64,000 nucleotides of DNA from positions 1-64,000 of the IMG/VR virus record IMGVR_UViG_3300010354_000047; one strand, 5' to 3'. A program made the translations under genes and the position numbers. Shown piece by piece: positions 9,369-19,297 of this stretch; position 1 is the first letter of the stretch; the number at the start of each line of letters is the position of its first letter. This DNA comes from a virus. The notes below the pieces were generated by a model. It was not told the origin of the DNA and did no database searches. It was given only the letters and a program-made list of their open reading frames with translations.

Positions 9369-9683
9369 ATGCTTTCACCTAACTATCGCCTCAAACTTGA
9401 AGGGATTTGCGAAAGGATTGCTCGACATCAGGAAGTGTCACTTGAAGAGATCATTTGGTGTGAGAAACTTGCAGCGGTAAATCGAAGCGCTGCGACTATC
9501 TTGAGACAAGCCCGCCGCCGCTCTGAAAACCCGGAGATGCGGGATGGCAGCCTTGACGATTTCCTGAACCAAATGGACATCGGAAACTTGGGATTTGAAG
9601 GAAGGGGTATCAAGGGGTTTCAAGATCCCGACGATGTGGCAGACTATTTCCGTAACGACCGCAGAAAAGATTGGAGAGACTGA
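9369..9683 (+). CDS. Conserved cyanophage hypothetical protein
   Basis: MLSPNYRLKLEGIC...WCEKL...LDDFLNQMDIG pattern. Confidence 0.7.
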   Translation: MLSPNYRLKLEGICERIARHQEVSLEEIIWCEKLAAVNRSAATILRQARRRSENPEMRDGSLDDFLNQMDIGNLGFEGRGIKGFQDPDDVADYFRNDRRKDWRD

Positions 9684-9722
9684 AGGTGAGGGGTAAGTTT
9701 GTTTAGCACAAGCTAACCCCTT

Positions 9723-11456
9723 ATGATCGGTAATTTCTCAAGCGAGTCCCTTGAAAGGTACAGAGACCTCTTAAGAGACCTAGTTGAACACGACTTCGGT
9801 GAGGCCTACGACTTCACTCGCTGCGTGAAACCGAGTGGAAAGGTATACGGGACTTCCGGCCGCTGCCGACTTGGAACAGAACAGGCGAAGCAGGAGGAGC
9901 CGAAAGTCGAGAGGCCAAGAGGAAGGTTGACAGCTACGAAGATCGCAAGCCTCACAGACAAACAACTGAAAGTGTTGTCTGAGCACCCTGAGATGCACAA
10001 GTATCAAAGGGAGAGGTTGAAGGCGGAAATCGAAAGAAGAAAGAAGGAAAACGAAGGGACAGAACCCAAAGCCACCAGGGCTCCGAGAAAGAAAAAAGAG
10101 GAGGCTCCTGCTGAGGTCAAGGCTCCCGAAGCCACCAGGACTCCGAGGAAGAAAAAAGAGGAGGGGAGCGACTCCCTTGAAGCTAAGGCCCAACCTAAGA
10201 AGAGAATAACGGATGAGAGGCTGAAGAAGACTTTCGATCAAGCTATAAGAAACCTTGAGAGAATTGATGCGAAGGAAAAAGAGCTAAGGGAAAGCGGTCT
10301 AGACTGGAAGGATCAAAAGGTCAAGGACGTTAACGCTCGAAAAATGAAAGCGATAGAAGTTGTTATCTTACTTCGACAAGCTTACTACGCCGTTAATCGA
10401 GAGGAATTCCTAAAGGCAGCAGGGGAGAGAAAGCGAATTATTGACCAGTCGGATCGAGTCTATCGTGAAGCGAAAGCCGAACTGGAAAAGAGTGGGTTAA
10501 ATCAATTCACTTTACCGAAAGACCATCCAATTAAGAAAAAGTTTGACGAAGCTGAACAAATTCGAGATAGGGCGAATGGAGAGCCGAAACAGAAGCTCTT
10601 TGCTGCGTATTTTGGAGAACCTCTGGAAGTTTCGAAACTTGTGTCAGACGGGGGTGGAAAGGTAGATCCATCGGTTCCTTCCGCCGTTCCTCGGGGAGGG
10701 GCAAGTCCCAAACTGAAAGAGTTTTTGGAAGGGTCTGAGGTTGTTATGGCCTTTAATCCGAGAGGATTTTCAAAATTTGTGAAAGAGGGAGAAGCTAAAA
10801 ATGGCTTCGAATCCGGAACTGGGGGGATCAAGGTCGGGAGAGCGAAGCCCTATCTGGAAGCAAGACGAAGAGGGGAGCAAAACGTTCTAGGCCTCCCCGA
10901 AGACACGGAGCCCAAAGGTCGCCCTGTGTACGCAGCGCTTGAGCACCCTGATAGATCGAAATCCCTTCAAGGGGGCTCCGGAATGCAAATGAGCAATTAT
11001 GGTGGGATCCAAGTTATTTTTGACAACTCGGTGAAAGATCGTTCTACTTTCACTCTTGGGGACTCTCTAGACTACGCCTCTGGACGAAAGATTATGGCGA
11101 GTCCGGTTCGAGATCCAGCAAACTCGAAAAGGTCGGAAGGAGAAGACAGAAAGGTCCAAGTGACTTTCTCGAAAGAGCCTACTCATTCTCAAAACATATT
11201 TGTGAACACCCCCTCCATCGACTTTGCTACCATGTCTCCCGCGTATGTTGAAGCGCAAATTCACGGGGGGTTGCGGTCAGCGGACATTAAAGAGGTGAGA
11301 TATTTTCGAGGGCACGAAATCCCCGCAGCGACCGTGCGCTTACTCCAGAAGCAAGGAGTTAAGATAACAGAACTACCACCCCAAATGAGGGACCTGAAAG
11401 TCTACCCTGACAACCCCAACTTTAAAGACATCACCGCAATTGAACCTGACCGATGA
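9723..11456 (+). CDS. RCxRPDG-tagged protein with charged linker and C-terminal DUF3626-like domain; candidate virion-delivered effector
   Basis: RPVYAAL...YG....F...VKDRSTFTLGDS...YVEAQIHGGL...DIKEV. Confidence 0.65.
   Translation: MIGNFSSESLERYRDLLRDLVEHDFGEAYDFTRCVKPSGKVYGTSGRCRLGTEQAKQEEPKVERPRGRLTATKIASLTDKQLKVLSEHPEMHKYQRERLKAEIERRKKENEGTEPKATRAPRKKKEEAPAEVKAPEATRTPRKKKEEGSDSLEAKAQPKKRITDERLKKTFDQAIRNLERIDAKEKELRESGLDWKDQKVKDVNARKMKAIEVVILLRQAYYAVNREEFLKAAGERKRIIDQSDRVYREAKAELEKSGLNQFTLPKDHPIKKKFDEAEQIRDRANGEPKQKLFAAYFGEPLEVSKLVSDGGGKVDPSVPSAVPRGGASPKLKEFLEGSEVVMAFNPRGFSKFVKEGEAKNGFESGTGGIKVGRAKPYLEARRRGEQNVLGLPEDTEPKGRPVYAALEHPDRSKSLQGGSGMQMSNYGGIQVIFDNSVKDRSTFTLGDSLDYASGRKIMASPVRDPANSKRSEGEDRKVQVTFSKEPTHSQNIFVNTPSIDFATMSPAYVEAQIHGGLRSADIKEVRYFRGHEIPAATVRLLQKQGVKITELPPQMRDLKVYPDNPNFKDITAIEPDR
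10070..10164 (+). repeat. Imperfect coding direct repeat, 60-nt period (ATRxPRKKKEE x2)
   Basis: agccaccagg(g/a)ctccgag(a/g)aagaaaaaagaggagg occurs twice. Confidence 0.8.
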
Positions 11457-11725
11457 AAGACTTTTACTATCTTGACGAGCCCGAGTCGATTTCCGGCTCA
11501 GATTTGCTAATCGTTGCAATCAAACGGGATGGCTCGCCTTATGCTCTCAGGAAAAGGGACCACTCTCGAGTGGAACTGTATGACCTGGAAAACTCCTTTT
11601 CCTTGATGCCCTATCTTACTAGACTGGCGGAGGCGGGCGAAGATGTACCCGACTACGGAAAAGTTCAAGAGGCGATTAAAGTTTTCAAGGAACGAGTGGC
11701 GAAAGCCTTGAAAGGGGCAATGTGA
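11453..11725 (+). CDS. Small hypothetical protein coupled to 9723 (candidate partner/immunity protein)
   Basis: ATGA overlap with the upstream stop. Confidence 0.6.
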   Translation: MKDFYYLDEPESISGSDLLIVAIKRDGSPYALRKRDHSRVELYDLENSFSLMPYLTRLAEAGEDVPDYGKVQEAIKVFKERVAKALKGAM

Positions 11726-11819
11726 ACGAGATTGTCGATTTCAACAGCCGGATTAGTAACCGAGTTTACCAACCTGGGCTGGCGCTATGCTTATGTCATG
11801 GTTGCGGGGTCCTCCCGCT

Positions 11820-11925
11820 TCCCTTGCCCAACCGAGGCTAGGCAAGTGAAATCCGCCTCTCATTCTGCCTTCACTTCAGGGTGTGAAGGGTTTCGTAACA
11901 CGACCTGTCCCTAGGGTCATTACTA
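11820..11925 (+). ncRNA. Structured psbA leader resembling the PhotoRC-II RNA motif
   Basis: ccgaggc...gcctctcat, ccttcac..agggtgtgaagg and gtaac..gacc..ggtc.ttac stems directly upstream of psbA. Confidence 0.6.
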
Positions 11926-11935
11926 ACTCTTTTTA

Positions 11936-13015
11936 ATGGCAACATCTGTTTTACAACGACCAAAGGCAAATACCTGGGAGTCGTTCTGTCAGTGGGTAAC
12001 TTCCACTAACAACCGGTTGTACGTCGGTTGGTTCGGTACGCTCATGATTCCGTGCCTTCTTGCGGCAACAATCTGCTTCATTGTGGCTTTTATTGCAGCG
12101 CCGCCCGTCGATATTGACGGAATACGTGAACCAGTTGCTGGTTCTCTCATGTACGGCAACAACATCATCTCTGGTGCCGTAGTACCAAGTTCAAATGCGA
12201 TTGGATTGCATTTTTATCCAATCTGGGAAGCTGCTTCCCTTGATGAGTGGCTCTACAATGGAGGCCCTTATCAATTAGTTGTTTTTCACTTCCTTATTGG
12301 CGTCTTCTGCTACATGGGTCGTGAATGGGAACTTTCATACCGTCTAGGTATGCGCCCTTGGATCATGGTTGCTTACTCGGCTCCTGTAGCCGCTGCAACT
12401 GCTGTGTTCCTGATCTATCCTTTCGGTCAAGGGTCATTTTCTGACGGAATGCCCCTCGGGATCAGTGGGACCTTCAACTATATGATTGTTTTCACTGCTG
12501 AGCACAACATTCTGATGCACCCCTTCCACATGCTGGGTGTGGCCGGTGTCTTCGGTGGTTCTTTGTTCTCTGCCATGCATGGAAGCCTCGTAACCAGTTC
12601 ACTGGTGCGTGAAACCACTGAGAATGAAAGCCAGAACTACGGTTACAAGTTCGGTCAAGAGGAAGAAACGTACAATATTGTTGCTGCTCATGGGTATTTC
12701 GGAAGACTAATCTTCCAGTACGCCAGCTTCAACAACTCCCGTTCGCTTCACTTCTTCCTTGCAGCTTGGCCTGTGGTTGGAATCTGGTTTGCTGCTCTTG
12801 GAGTTAGCTCCATGGCATTCAACCTGAATGGGTTTAATTTCAACTCCAGCATCATGGATTCGCAAGGTAGGGTGATACCTACCTGGGCAGACATCCTAAA
12901 TCGCGCTAATTTGGGAATCGAAGTTGTCCACGAAAGAAATGCCCATAATTTCCCACTGGACCTCGCTGCTACCACGTCAACCCAAGTTGCTTTAACTGCT
13001 CCTGTGGTTGGCTGA
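11936..13015 (+). CDS. psbA: Photosystem II reaction centre protein D1
   Basis: Full-length D1: [49 protein letters not shown]; Mn-cluster ligands intact. Confidence 0.99.
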   Translation: MATSVLQRPKANTWESFCQWVTSTNNRLYVGWFGTLMIPCLLAATICFIVAFIAAPPVDIDGIREPVAGSLMYGNNIISGAVVPSSNAIGLHFYPIWEAASLDEWLYNGGPYQLVVFHFLIGVFCYMGREWELSYRLGMRPWIMVAYSAPVAAATAVFLIYPFGQGSFSDGMPLGISGTFNYMIVFTAEHNILMHPFHMLGVAGVFGGSLFSAMHGSLVTSSLVRETTENESQNYGYKFGQEEETYNIVAAHGYFGRLIFQYASFNNSRSLHFFLAAWPVVGIWFAALGVSSMAFNLNGFNFNSSIMDSQGRVIPTWADILNRANLGIEVVHERNAHNFPLDLAATTSTQVALTAPVVG

Positions 13016-13032
13016 TCCTGGTTTAAATCCTG

Positions 13033-13066
13033 ACCTCTGCGGTGAAATACTACCGTGGAGGTTTTT
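13033..13066 (+). terminator. Hairpin + T-tract after psbA that also sequesters the RBS of the next gene
   Basis: ACCTCTGCGGT-gaaatact-ACCGTGGAGGT followed by TTTT and ATG 13067. Confidence 0.75.
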
Positions 13067-13715
13067 ATGTCTAAGCGGCTGACGGTAGAACACTTTGAAA
13101 AGTTGTGCCAAGATCGGAACCACGTTCTGGTTTCTTTCGATGGGTACACAGGTATAAAGTCCGTGTTATCCTTCAAGTTCAACATTTGTGGGCATGAATG
13201 GTCGTCCAGTGCGGCATCTTACAAAAGTAGAAAAACTGGATGCTGGGGGTGCAAAAGAAAGCGATCTCGAACTTCACAAAACTCGTGTGTTCACAAAAGA
13301 GGGCAGGAGAAGGCTATCCATATTAAGATTAGGCAAACCTTCATGGAACAAAGGAATTAAAAGGTCAGTGCCAGGGGGAGGAAGCAAAGAATCCACCTGG
13401 CGTCCAACTCCAGAACAATGAATTCTCCCTGGCACTCTCTACCTCATTCGCTACCTTGATAAATCTGGAATACATTTCAAAATCGGAATCACAAGACGTC
13501 CCCTTTCTGAACGCTTCAAAGCTGGACAATTGATACCTATCCTTCACCTTCACTACGCCACCCTTGGCGAATGTTTCGATCTGGAACAAGCTATACTTAA
13601 GTGGGCAAGAGATAATAACTATCGCTATTCGTCTCCCACGACAACCGAGCTGATTCGCCCTGAAGCCTACAGCGAGGTCTCAAACCGGTTAAAATCCAAC
13701 ACTTTTATTCCCTGA
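13067..13715 (+). pseudogene. Degenerate free-standing homing endonuclease (Zn-ribbon + GIY-YIG/T5orf172-like)
   Basis: xxICGHEW...GCWGC, then a frameshift near 13260, in-frame TGA at 13419-13421, then LYLIRY...FKIGIT...ERF...LEQ...TELI. Confidence 0.75.
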
Positions 13716-13857
13716 GAAGGGAATAGTTTGATATCTTGGTAGATTAGTCAAAGCATAGCCAAATTGTGTTCATTACTTTCCGGTCCCCTCTTTCCTTGCG
13801 CCTACCCCCGAAAGGAAAGGGGTAAATAGACTTATAGGCTACATCTCGACACAATTT

Positions 13858-14472
13858 ATGGCCATTGATCTTAATGATAACGTTTCCATATTGGCCCCAA
13901 AGCCTACGGACACTCGTTATGGGCCGTATCCAAATACTGAAAGCGCACTTTTAGGTATCCCTTATATTTTCAGATATCTGGGACTGACGGTAGGGGTGGA
14001 AAACTTCGAAGGAGTGACGGACTTTTGGTTTAAAGAGGGGATTGAAGATGAAGATCTCGTCGTGAAAACGACGGGAGGGGGGTCCTTTGCCAATAGCAGA
14101 ATTATTCTCACAAAGTCCACAATCCCCGTGCAACATCTGGACACTGTGAACTTAGAGTTTAACGCTTTTAGGACATATTTGGTCGCGTCATTGGTCCTTA
14201 GCCACCCGTGTAGATTCAGGTCTTATGTAGATAACGAGTCAAGGGCCGACGATGCGGGACGAGGTTTAGGTACAGATCCGGTTGCTGGAATCGGATTGAT
14301 TCTTGAGGTGGTATCCGTAAGCGAGAATTATCGCCAGAAGGTAACCCCATTCGTTCCTGGAGGAAATTTAGACATTCCTGCAGGAAACACCATGTACTGC
14401 TCAGTCACAAATCGTTCCGGAGTAACCCGGCCAATCACAGTGGGAATCGAACTTCTCCAGCTCGAGGGGTAA
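13858..14472 (+). CDS. Putative virion structural/fibre-associated protein
   Basis: Late motif upstream; RYLGLTVG N-terminus, beta-rich C-terminus. Confidence 0.55.
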   Translation: MAIDLNDNVSILAPKPTDTRYGPYPNTESALLGIPYIFRYLGLTVGVENFEGVTDFWFKEGIEDEDLVVKTTGGGSFANSRIILTKSTIPVQHLDTVNLEFNAFRTYLVASLVLSHPCRFRSYVDNESRADDAGRGLGTDPVAGIGLILEVVSVSENYRQKVTPFVPGGNLDIPAGNTMYCSVTNRSGVTRPITVGIELLQLEG

Positions 14473-14505
14473 ACTTAGAAAGAAGAAACCTTTCGATAAG
14501 GAAAA

Positions 14506-16458
14506 ATGGCAATCACTCGAGAAACTATTACCAAAGATGCGGGATGGACATCCGCAGATGTGATCAACCAACTGGAAGAGGCTTTCGCTTTTGCCGGACT
14601 TCATGGAGGTCCTGTGACAGGTCTCGCTGGGGGCTATGGATACATTTCGGATCCGACGACATTCGGGGGAACGATAGGGTCCATGACGCAAGCGACGGCT
14701 TACCGCGATATTGAGCCAATTTCAACGAGTGGTTCGGGAGTTGGGGCAACCTTTAATGTCGAACGAAATTCGATAGGAAAAATTAACTTTATTCGTGTAA
14801 ATAGACCCGGAAAAGGGTATTCGGATCTTGATACAGTAACTCTGCACGCTGACTCAATTGGAGGGTTGGTAAATGGGGCCACAAATATAACTTTCCCGAT
14901 ATTCGTGGACTCAGTCGTCACCGGAGCAAATATATATGATTTCTCTTACACAGGGGTGTATATTTTAAGCGGAACTGACAGGCTGGGTTCATACAGCAAC
15001 GTCCCTGAGACAACTCCTCTAACGATCACAATAATGGAAGGAGATACTCTAAGAATATCCAATTCCATGTCTTCTGGTAGAACGATATATATTCTTCTAG
15101 AGAACGGAAAGTTCGGGGATAGTTCTTCAGCACCTTTATTTGCGATGGGCTATTCCGGGGGGTCTACCAGCACCACTCTAATTTGGGACACAAAGCCGGG
15201 ACAAGCAGGAACTTACTATCTTGCGGGAGCTAGTAGTGTTTCCAGCCTCAGTATGGCTCACAATATAGTGGTTCTTCCTGCGGATGGTACTCGAACATTT
15301 TCGCCAAAGAGCTACGGAAGTTCTTCCACATTTTTCGACAAACAGGCAAGCGGTCCTGGATCTCTTTTTCCTTGGGGTTGCCTTCGTACGGAAGTTCAAG
15401 AGAACAAAAAATACGGGTCTACTTATCGAACTTTTCAAGTAAGTAATCCCGGTAAGATTGAATTCTGCGTAGGTTCTAGTTTCATGCCCCGAAACGCTAT
15501 CAGGAATTCTTTTAGTTCGAGATTTAAAGGCTCAAGATACCTTGACTTGTCGCTGTATATCGACACCAATAATACGATCATGTTTGACGAGAATTTTCTA
15601 TATTCTTACAACACTGCCACCCCTCCGAGTTCGGGACAGATTTCTACATTTTCTCTAGCAACCCCAGGAGGCGGGAGTGGTGCTGGCGAGATAAACCGAA
15701 TTTCCAACTCTAATGCCGGAAACTCCTTCGCTCTTGATCTGAATGTATATCGCTCATCCGAAGATCCCAATTTCTCCGTTTTCTCATATAGGCAATCCAC
15801 CCTCTCTTCCACACATCTAACAGGAAATTCTTTCCTGACTTTCTTTCTTCATAACTTCACTAGCAGTATTTGGGACCTTGATTCTGTGTTTCTCGGAGGA
15901 GTTACTGTGATAGAAGCAGCAAGTGGAAACACCACTCAACCCCGTTTAATTTTTAGGACCTTTTGCGCAGGAGCCAAGGAGGATAATAGATACCCTTCTT
16001 GGAGATGTGCAGAAGCAGGTTACCTGAGTTCAGGGGATTCTACATCAACTGATAAATATTTACTTACATTAGGGGGGAGGAAAGAGACAATTTACTACGC
16101 AAACACCTATACGTCTAGAGATAATACGGGAACAACGGGGCAAAATGTAGGAATCTACTACAGGACAAACAGCTCAGCTAACCCTTTCAGAGACAGGGGT
16201 GTTGGGCTTTCGGACGATTCTAATTTTAATGCCATAATTCGGGGGATTCCTTTGAGTCTTCAACTCGTACCAGTTCCCTATTACCTTCCTGATGACTTTG
16301 TTATTCTTCAGTTTGAGAATTCAACACCTGCCCTAAACATCCAGCAAGGAGACCTTGTTATCGTAGAAGACGGAGTAGAAGAGTATGTGATTATCACAGG
16401 TTCCTACAACCAGACAGTCTCCACAATAGGAATTCTGTTTTGCGCTAGAGTCGTCTAA
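14506..16458 (+). CDS. Putative tail fibre/receptor-binding structural protein
   Basis: G/S/T-rich 650 aa, GSGVGATFNV...GKGY repeat type, more AT-rich than flanks. Confidence 0.6.
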   Translation: MAITRETITKDAGWTSADVINQLEEAFAFAGLHGGPVTGLAGGYGYISDPTTFGGTIGSMTQATAYRDIEPISTSGSGVGATFNVERNSIGKINFIRVNRPGKGYSDLDTVTLHADSIGGLVNGATNITFPIFVDSVVTGANIYDFSYTGVYILSGTDRLGSYSNVPETTPLTITIMEGDTLRISNSMSSGRTIYILLENGKFGDSSSAPLFAMGYSGGSTSTTLIWDTKPGQAGTYYLAGASSVSSLSMAHNIVVLPADGTRTFSPKSYGSSSTFFDKQASGPGSLFPWGCLRTEVQENKKYGSTYRTFQVSNPGKIEFCVGSSFMPRNAIRNSFSSRFKGSRYLDLSLYIDTNNTIMFDENFLYSYNTATPPSSGQISTFSLATPGGGSGAGEINRISNSNAGNSFALDLNVYRSSEDPNFSVFSYRQSTLSSTHLTGNSFLTFFLHNFTSSIWDLDSVFLGGVTVIEAASGNTTQPRLIFRTFCAGAKEDNRYPSWRCAEAGYLSSGDSTSTDKYLLTLGGRKETIYYANTYTSRDNTGTTGQNVGIYYRTNSSANPFRDRGVGLSDDSNFNAIIRGIPLSLQLVPVPYYLPDDFVILQFENSTPALNIQQGDLVIVEDGVEEYVIITGSYNQTVSTIGILFCARVV

Positions 16459-17030
16459 TGGAACTCAGAGACTTGTTCTTAACGGGAAGTTTTCAACACT
16501 CAAATCCCTCTGAGACTTCCTACTCTGAAGAGAACTTCCTTTTCACCTCCACAAACGGAACGATATCGCCCCTGGAAATATATCAGGAGTTCGAAAATAC
16601 AATAGATTCCTTAAACTCTAACTTAGCATTTTTAGTGAGGTTGATAGAGGGCTTCACGCTTAAACAAGTTCCTCGAGACCCGTTAAAAATATTCCCGAAT
16701 TTCACAGACAGGATTAGTCTGAACGATGAAGGTTTCACCTCTTTCAGCCAGTTGCCGTTCTTTTACGGCGTGACTGACTCAGATGGAACAAAACCCGCAG
16801 AAGAAATATATTTTCAATACGGGACACTTCAGTTCTCCCGCCCAATCGGTTTCGAAGACGCAGGAAAAAGAGGAAGGGGTCTCATTTACCCTCGAAAGAA
16901 AACTGGTTTTCGAGCGATTCCAAAGAGTTTAATTCCTACTCAGTTTGGACTCTTCTCTCCGGGTGGAATTCGACTCTCAACGAGGAAAAAGTTCTTTCAA
17001 GGCCTCATACACCCCATTAACCTTTTCTGA
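16458..17030 (+). CDS. Hypothetical protein (fibre-associated)
   Basis: TAATG coupling to the previous gene; duplicated GLI(Y/H)P motif. Confidence 0.55.
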   Translation: MELRDLFLTGSFQHSNPSETSYSEENFLFTSTNGTISPLEIYQEFENTIDSLNSNLAFLVRLIEGFTLKQVPRDPLKIFPNFTDRISLNDEGFTSFSQLPFFYGVTDSDGTKPAEEIYFQYGTLQFSRPIGFEDAGKRGRGLIYPRKKTGFRAIPKSLIPTQFGLFSPGGIRLSTRKKFFQGLIHPINLF

Positions 17031-17118
17031 GCCTTACACGGGCTATAAGCACTTTAGTTTTCCTCTCTGTTTCAAAGGGTCAAAAGTTTTTCGTAATCTC
17101 AACTTAAGAAGTAATCCA

Positions 17119-17472
17119 ATGATCGGCAGTTTCAACGAAAAAGCAACGAGCTTAATAGACTTGCTCAAGAAAGCCGACAAAGACTACTTGAGAGCCTTAA
17201 ACGAAAGGGCATTTGAACCCGACTCAGAAATAGCCCACGAGATAGAAGACATAAAGGGAGTTCATGCAGCAATGGGAAGAGACAAGTCCACAGAGGAAGA
17301 ATTTCAAAAGGTGAGGTTTGGTAGAGAGTGGCCTCAGGAGAAGTGGTATAAGCACAAAGGAATTCCGAAATGGCACCCAGTAGAGAAGAACACTCCCGGA
17401 ATTCAAAAACCTCAACTTTCTGATGTGAAGAAGTTCTTTCCAAAAGCTGATCTCCCACCAAACAAAAAATAG
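17119..17472 (+). CDS. Hypothetical late protein with MIGSF N-terminus
   Basis: N-terminus resembles 9723 (MIGNF) and 8321 (HGSF); late-motif variant at 17077. Confidence 0.6.
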   Translation: MIGSFNEKATSLIDLLKKADKDYLRALNERAFEPDSEIAHEIEDIKGVHAAMGRDKSTEEEFQKVRFGREWPQEKWYKHKGIPKWHPVEKNTPGIQKPQLSDVKKFFPKADLPPNKK

Positions 17473-17574
17473 CCCCTTAAATAGAGGGAAGGTGTCTGCT
17501 CGAAAAAAGCCCAGAGTGCGCTGGCTTTACCACTCTGTCACGTGCGCTATGGTCAGCCAGTTGTCTTAACCCTT

Positions 17575-18054
17575 ATGACAGATTGGGCCACCTTCTTCTC
17601 TTCGTGCACCGAAGAGGAACTCGGAGGGATTGCTCTCCTCCGTATGATCGAGTGCACAAATGGTTGTATTCAACATGCCTTTCGAGAGAATGATGCCCGA
17701 GCCCTTCCCGCAGAAGAAACTCGCACTGCGATGAAGTATTCGATGGGTCTTATGAAAGAGGTGAGTTTTCAACTCGGAACCGAAAAGTACATTTTTTCTG
17801 AGAAAACAGAGGAAGGCCTCCGAGAAATTCGAGAGCTATATGTAAAAGCTTTCAAGCAAGGGAATGAAGAAGCAATGGAAAACTTCTTCTCTTCCTCCTA
17901 CGCCTGCGTCGAAGCCCTTGGAGAGACTCGCATTCGGGATGCAGCAAAAACAGTCCGCCAACTCTTGACCGAGACTTTCCCCGAACACACAATCTCTTGG
18001 GGTGAGAACTACCTCCTAAACCTCCTCTCCCTGGCCGCCTCGAAGGGGCGGTAA
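17575..18054 (+). CDS. Hypothetical helical protein
   Basis: ORF preceded by TTTACC-N16-TATGGT. Confidence 0.6.
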   Translation: MTDWATFFSSCTEEELGGIALLRMIECTNGCIQHAFRENDARALPAEETRTAMKYSMGLMKEVSFQLGTEKYIFSEKTEEGLREIRELYVKAFKQGNEEAMENFFSSSYACVEALGETRIRDAAKTVRQLLTETFPEHTISWGENYLLNLLSLAASKGR

Positions 18055-18090
18055 CCCGCCCTTTCCCTATCGCCACGGGCAGGCTATAAT
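18046..18090 (+). promoter_or_regulatory. Palindrome-linked sigma70-type promoter
   Basis: GGGCGG-taac-CCGCCC, TTTCCC-N17-TATAAT. Confidence 0.75.
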
Positions 18091-18305
18091 AAGGTTACTG
18101 TCAGACCCGCCTTGCTTTTCGTCCTGGTCCTCTCCGCTTTTGCGACCCTACTCTTCCTCTTCCTTTATTTGTTGAGAGACTTCGAGAAGTCTCCCTATTT
18201 ACGTACGGAGTCGCTCTAGTCGCAATTTTCCTTCTGACCTACTAACTGGAACACTCAAAATTGAGTTCTTTTGGGAAACTTTTCAAACTGATTAAAACCT
18301 GAAAA

Positions 18306-19297
18306 ATGCCCAGACTCATTCCGCTCTCCTCAAAAGCAAAAAACCGTCTCTTAAACACAATGGACGGAAACCCTGTAGTTCGAATCGAACAGCGAGTTGG
18401 ATCAAAAGTTTTCGCGGTGTCCGAAAACGGAAAATACTGCACTTGGGTGAACTTAACAGCTGACCCAAACTGGGACATCACACTTGACTGAACCCTTATT
18501 ATCAGTGAAAATGACACAAAAAGCTATTCCGATCAAAGAGTTCATTCAACAAGCGGCAGAGTCTGCTTTCCATGAATACATGAGCGGAAGCGACTCGTTT
18601 CTCCGAGGCTACGAGTGGCCGGCGATCATCTACGGGGTTTCCTTGGATGAGCTGGTAAAACGAGTCAGAAACGAGATGGAAGCGCTTCTCGAGGACCATC
18701 GGAAGAAGGTCATAGAAGGGGGCGGTTAACCCTACCTGCGAGGCCGGTTTACCCCCTTTGCCTCGACTCCGAAACCAGCTATAGTGATAATATGGAAAGT
18801 TTCACCTGGTTCTGAGTTTTGAACCCCTTTTTCCCAATCGCCCAAGCCTTGGGCCTTCAAATTTTCGCGGGCGAAGAGCTGGTGCACGATGGAAACATCT
18901 ACACTGAAGTTCGCGGCACGGGTCTTTGGCTCGTCCAGTCCCCCTACCCGATGGGCGACTACCCGAACGCGGAGCGATACTACGTCAGCGATTCCGAAGG
19001 AACCCAAGTGAGCGCCACCCATTGGAATGCTGGTGACGCGGTTCATGACCTTCTTCGCCTCGACCCGGAACTTCTGTCTGCCCAAGCCTCTTCCCCTTTC
19101 ACTTCCTTATGAGCGCGATTACCGTTTTCAACGTCTTCTACAACTGCGGAGTTCTCGGAGCCACCGACGTTTTCGTTGGCGCCTACCCCTCTGAAACCGA
19201 GGCTGAAAAAGCCTGCGACGAGTGGGGCTGCGAAAATGACTGGGATCCGTACTTTTCCATCGTTTCCGCAACTTCACCCGGAGAATTCCTGGGCTGA
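18306..19297 (+). other. Small hypothetical genes (18306-18491, 18484-18729, 18819-19112, 19109-19297) with a degenerate promoter copy at 18742-18785
   Basis: Packed ORFs; TTTGCC-N17-TATAGT. Confidence 0.55.

Noticed and set aside
11732-11914. 60-aa ORF upstream of psbA
   Set aside because: Overlaps the psbA promoter and structured leader; no coding features.
11936-13015. Intron in psbA or rogue/non-oxygenic D1
   Set aside because: The ORF is continuous and all Mn ligands, YZ and H190 are present.
13419-13421. TGA recoding (alternative genetic code)
   Set aside because: TGA terminates many well-defined genes (psbA, MCP, tube); a single case in a frameshifted gene indicates decay.
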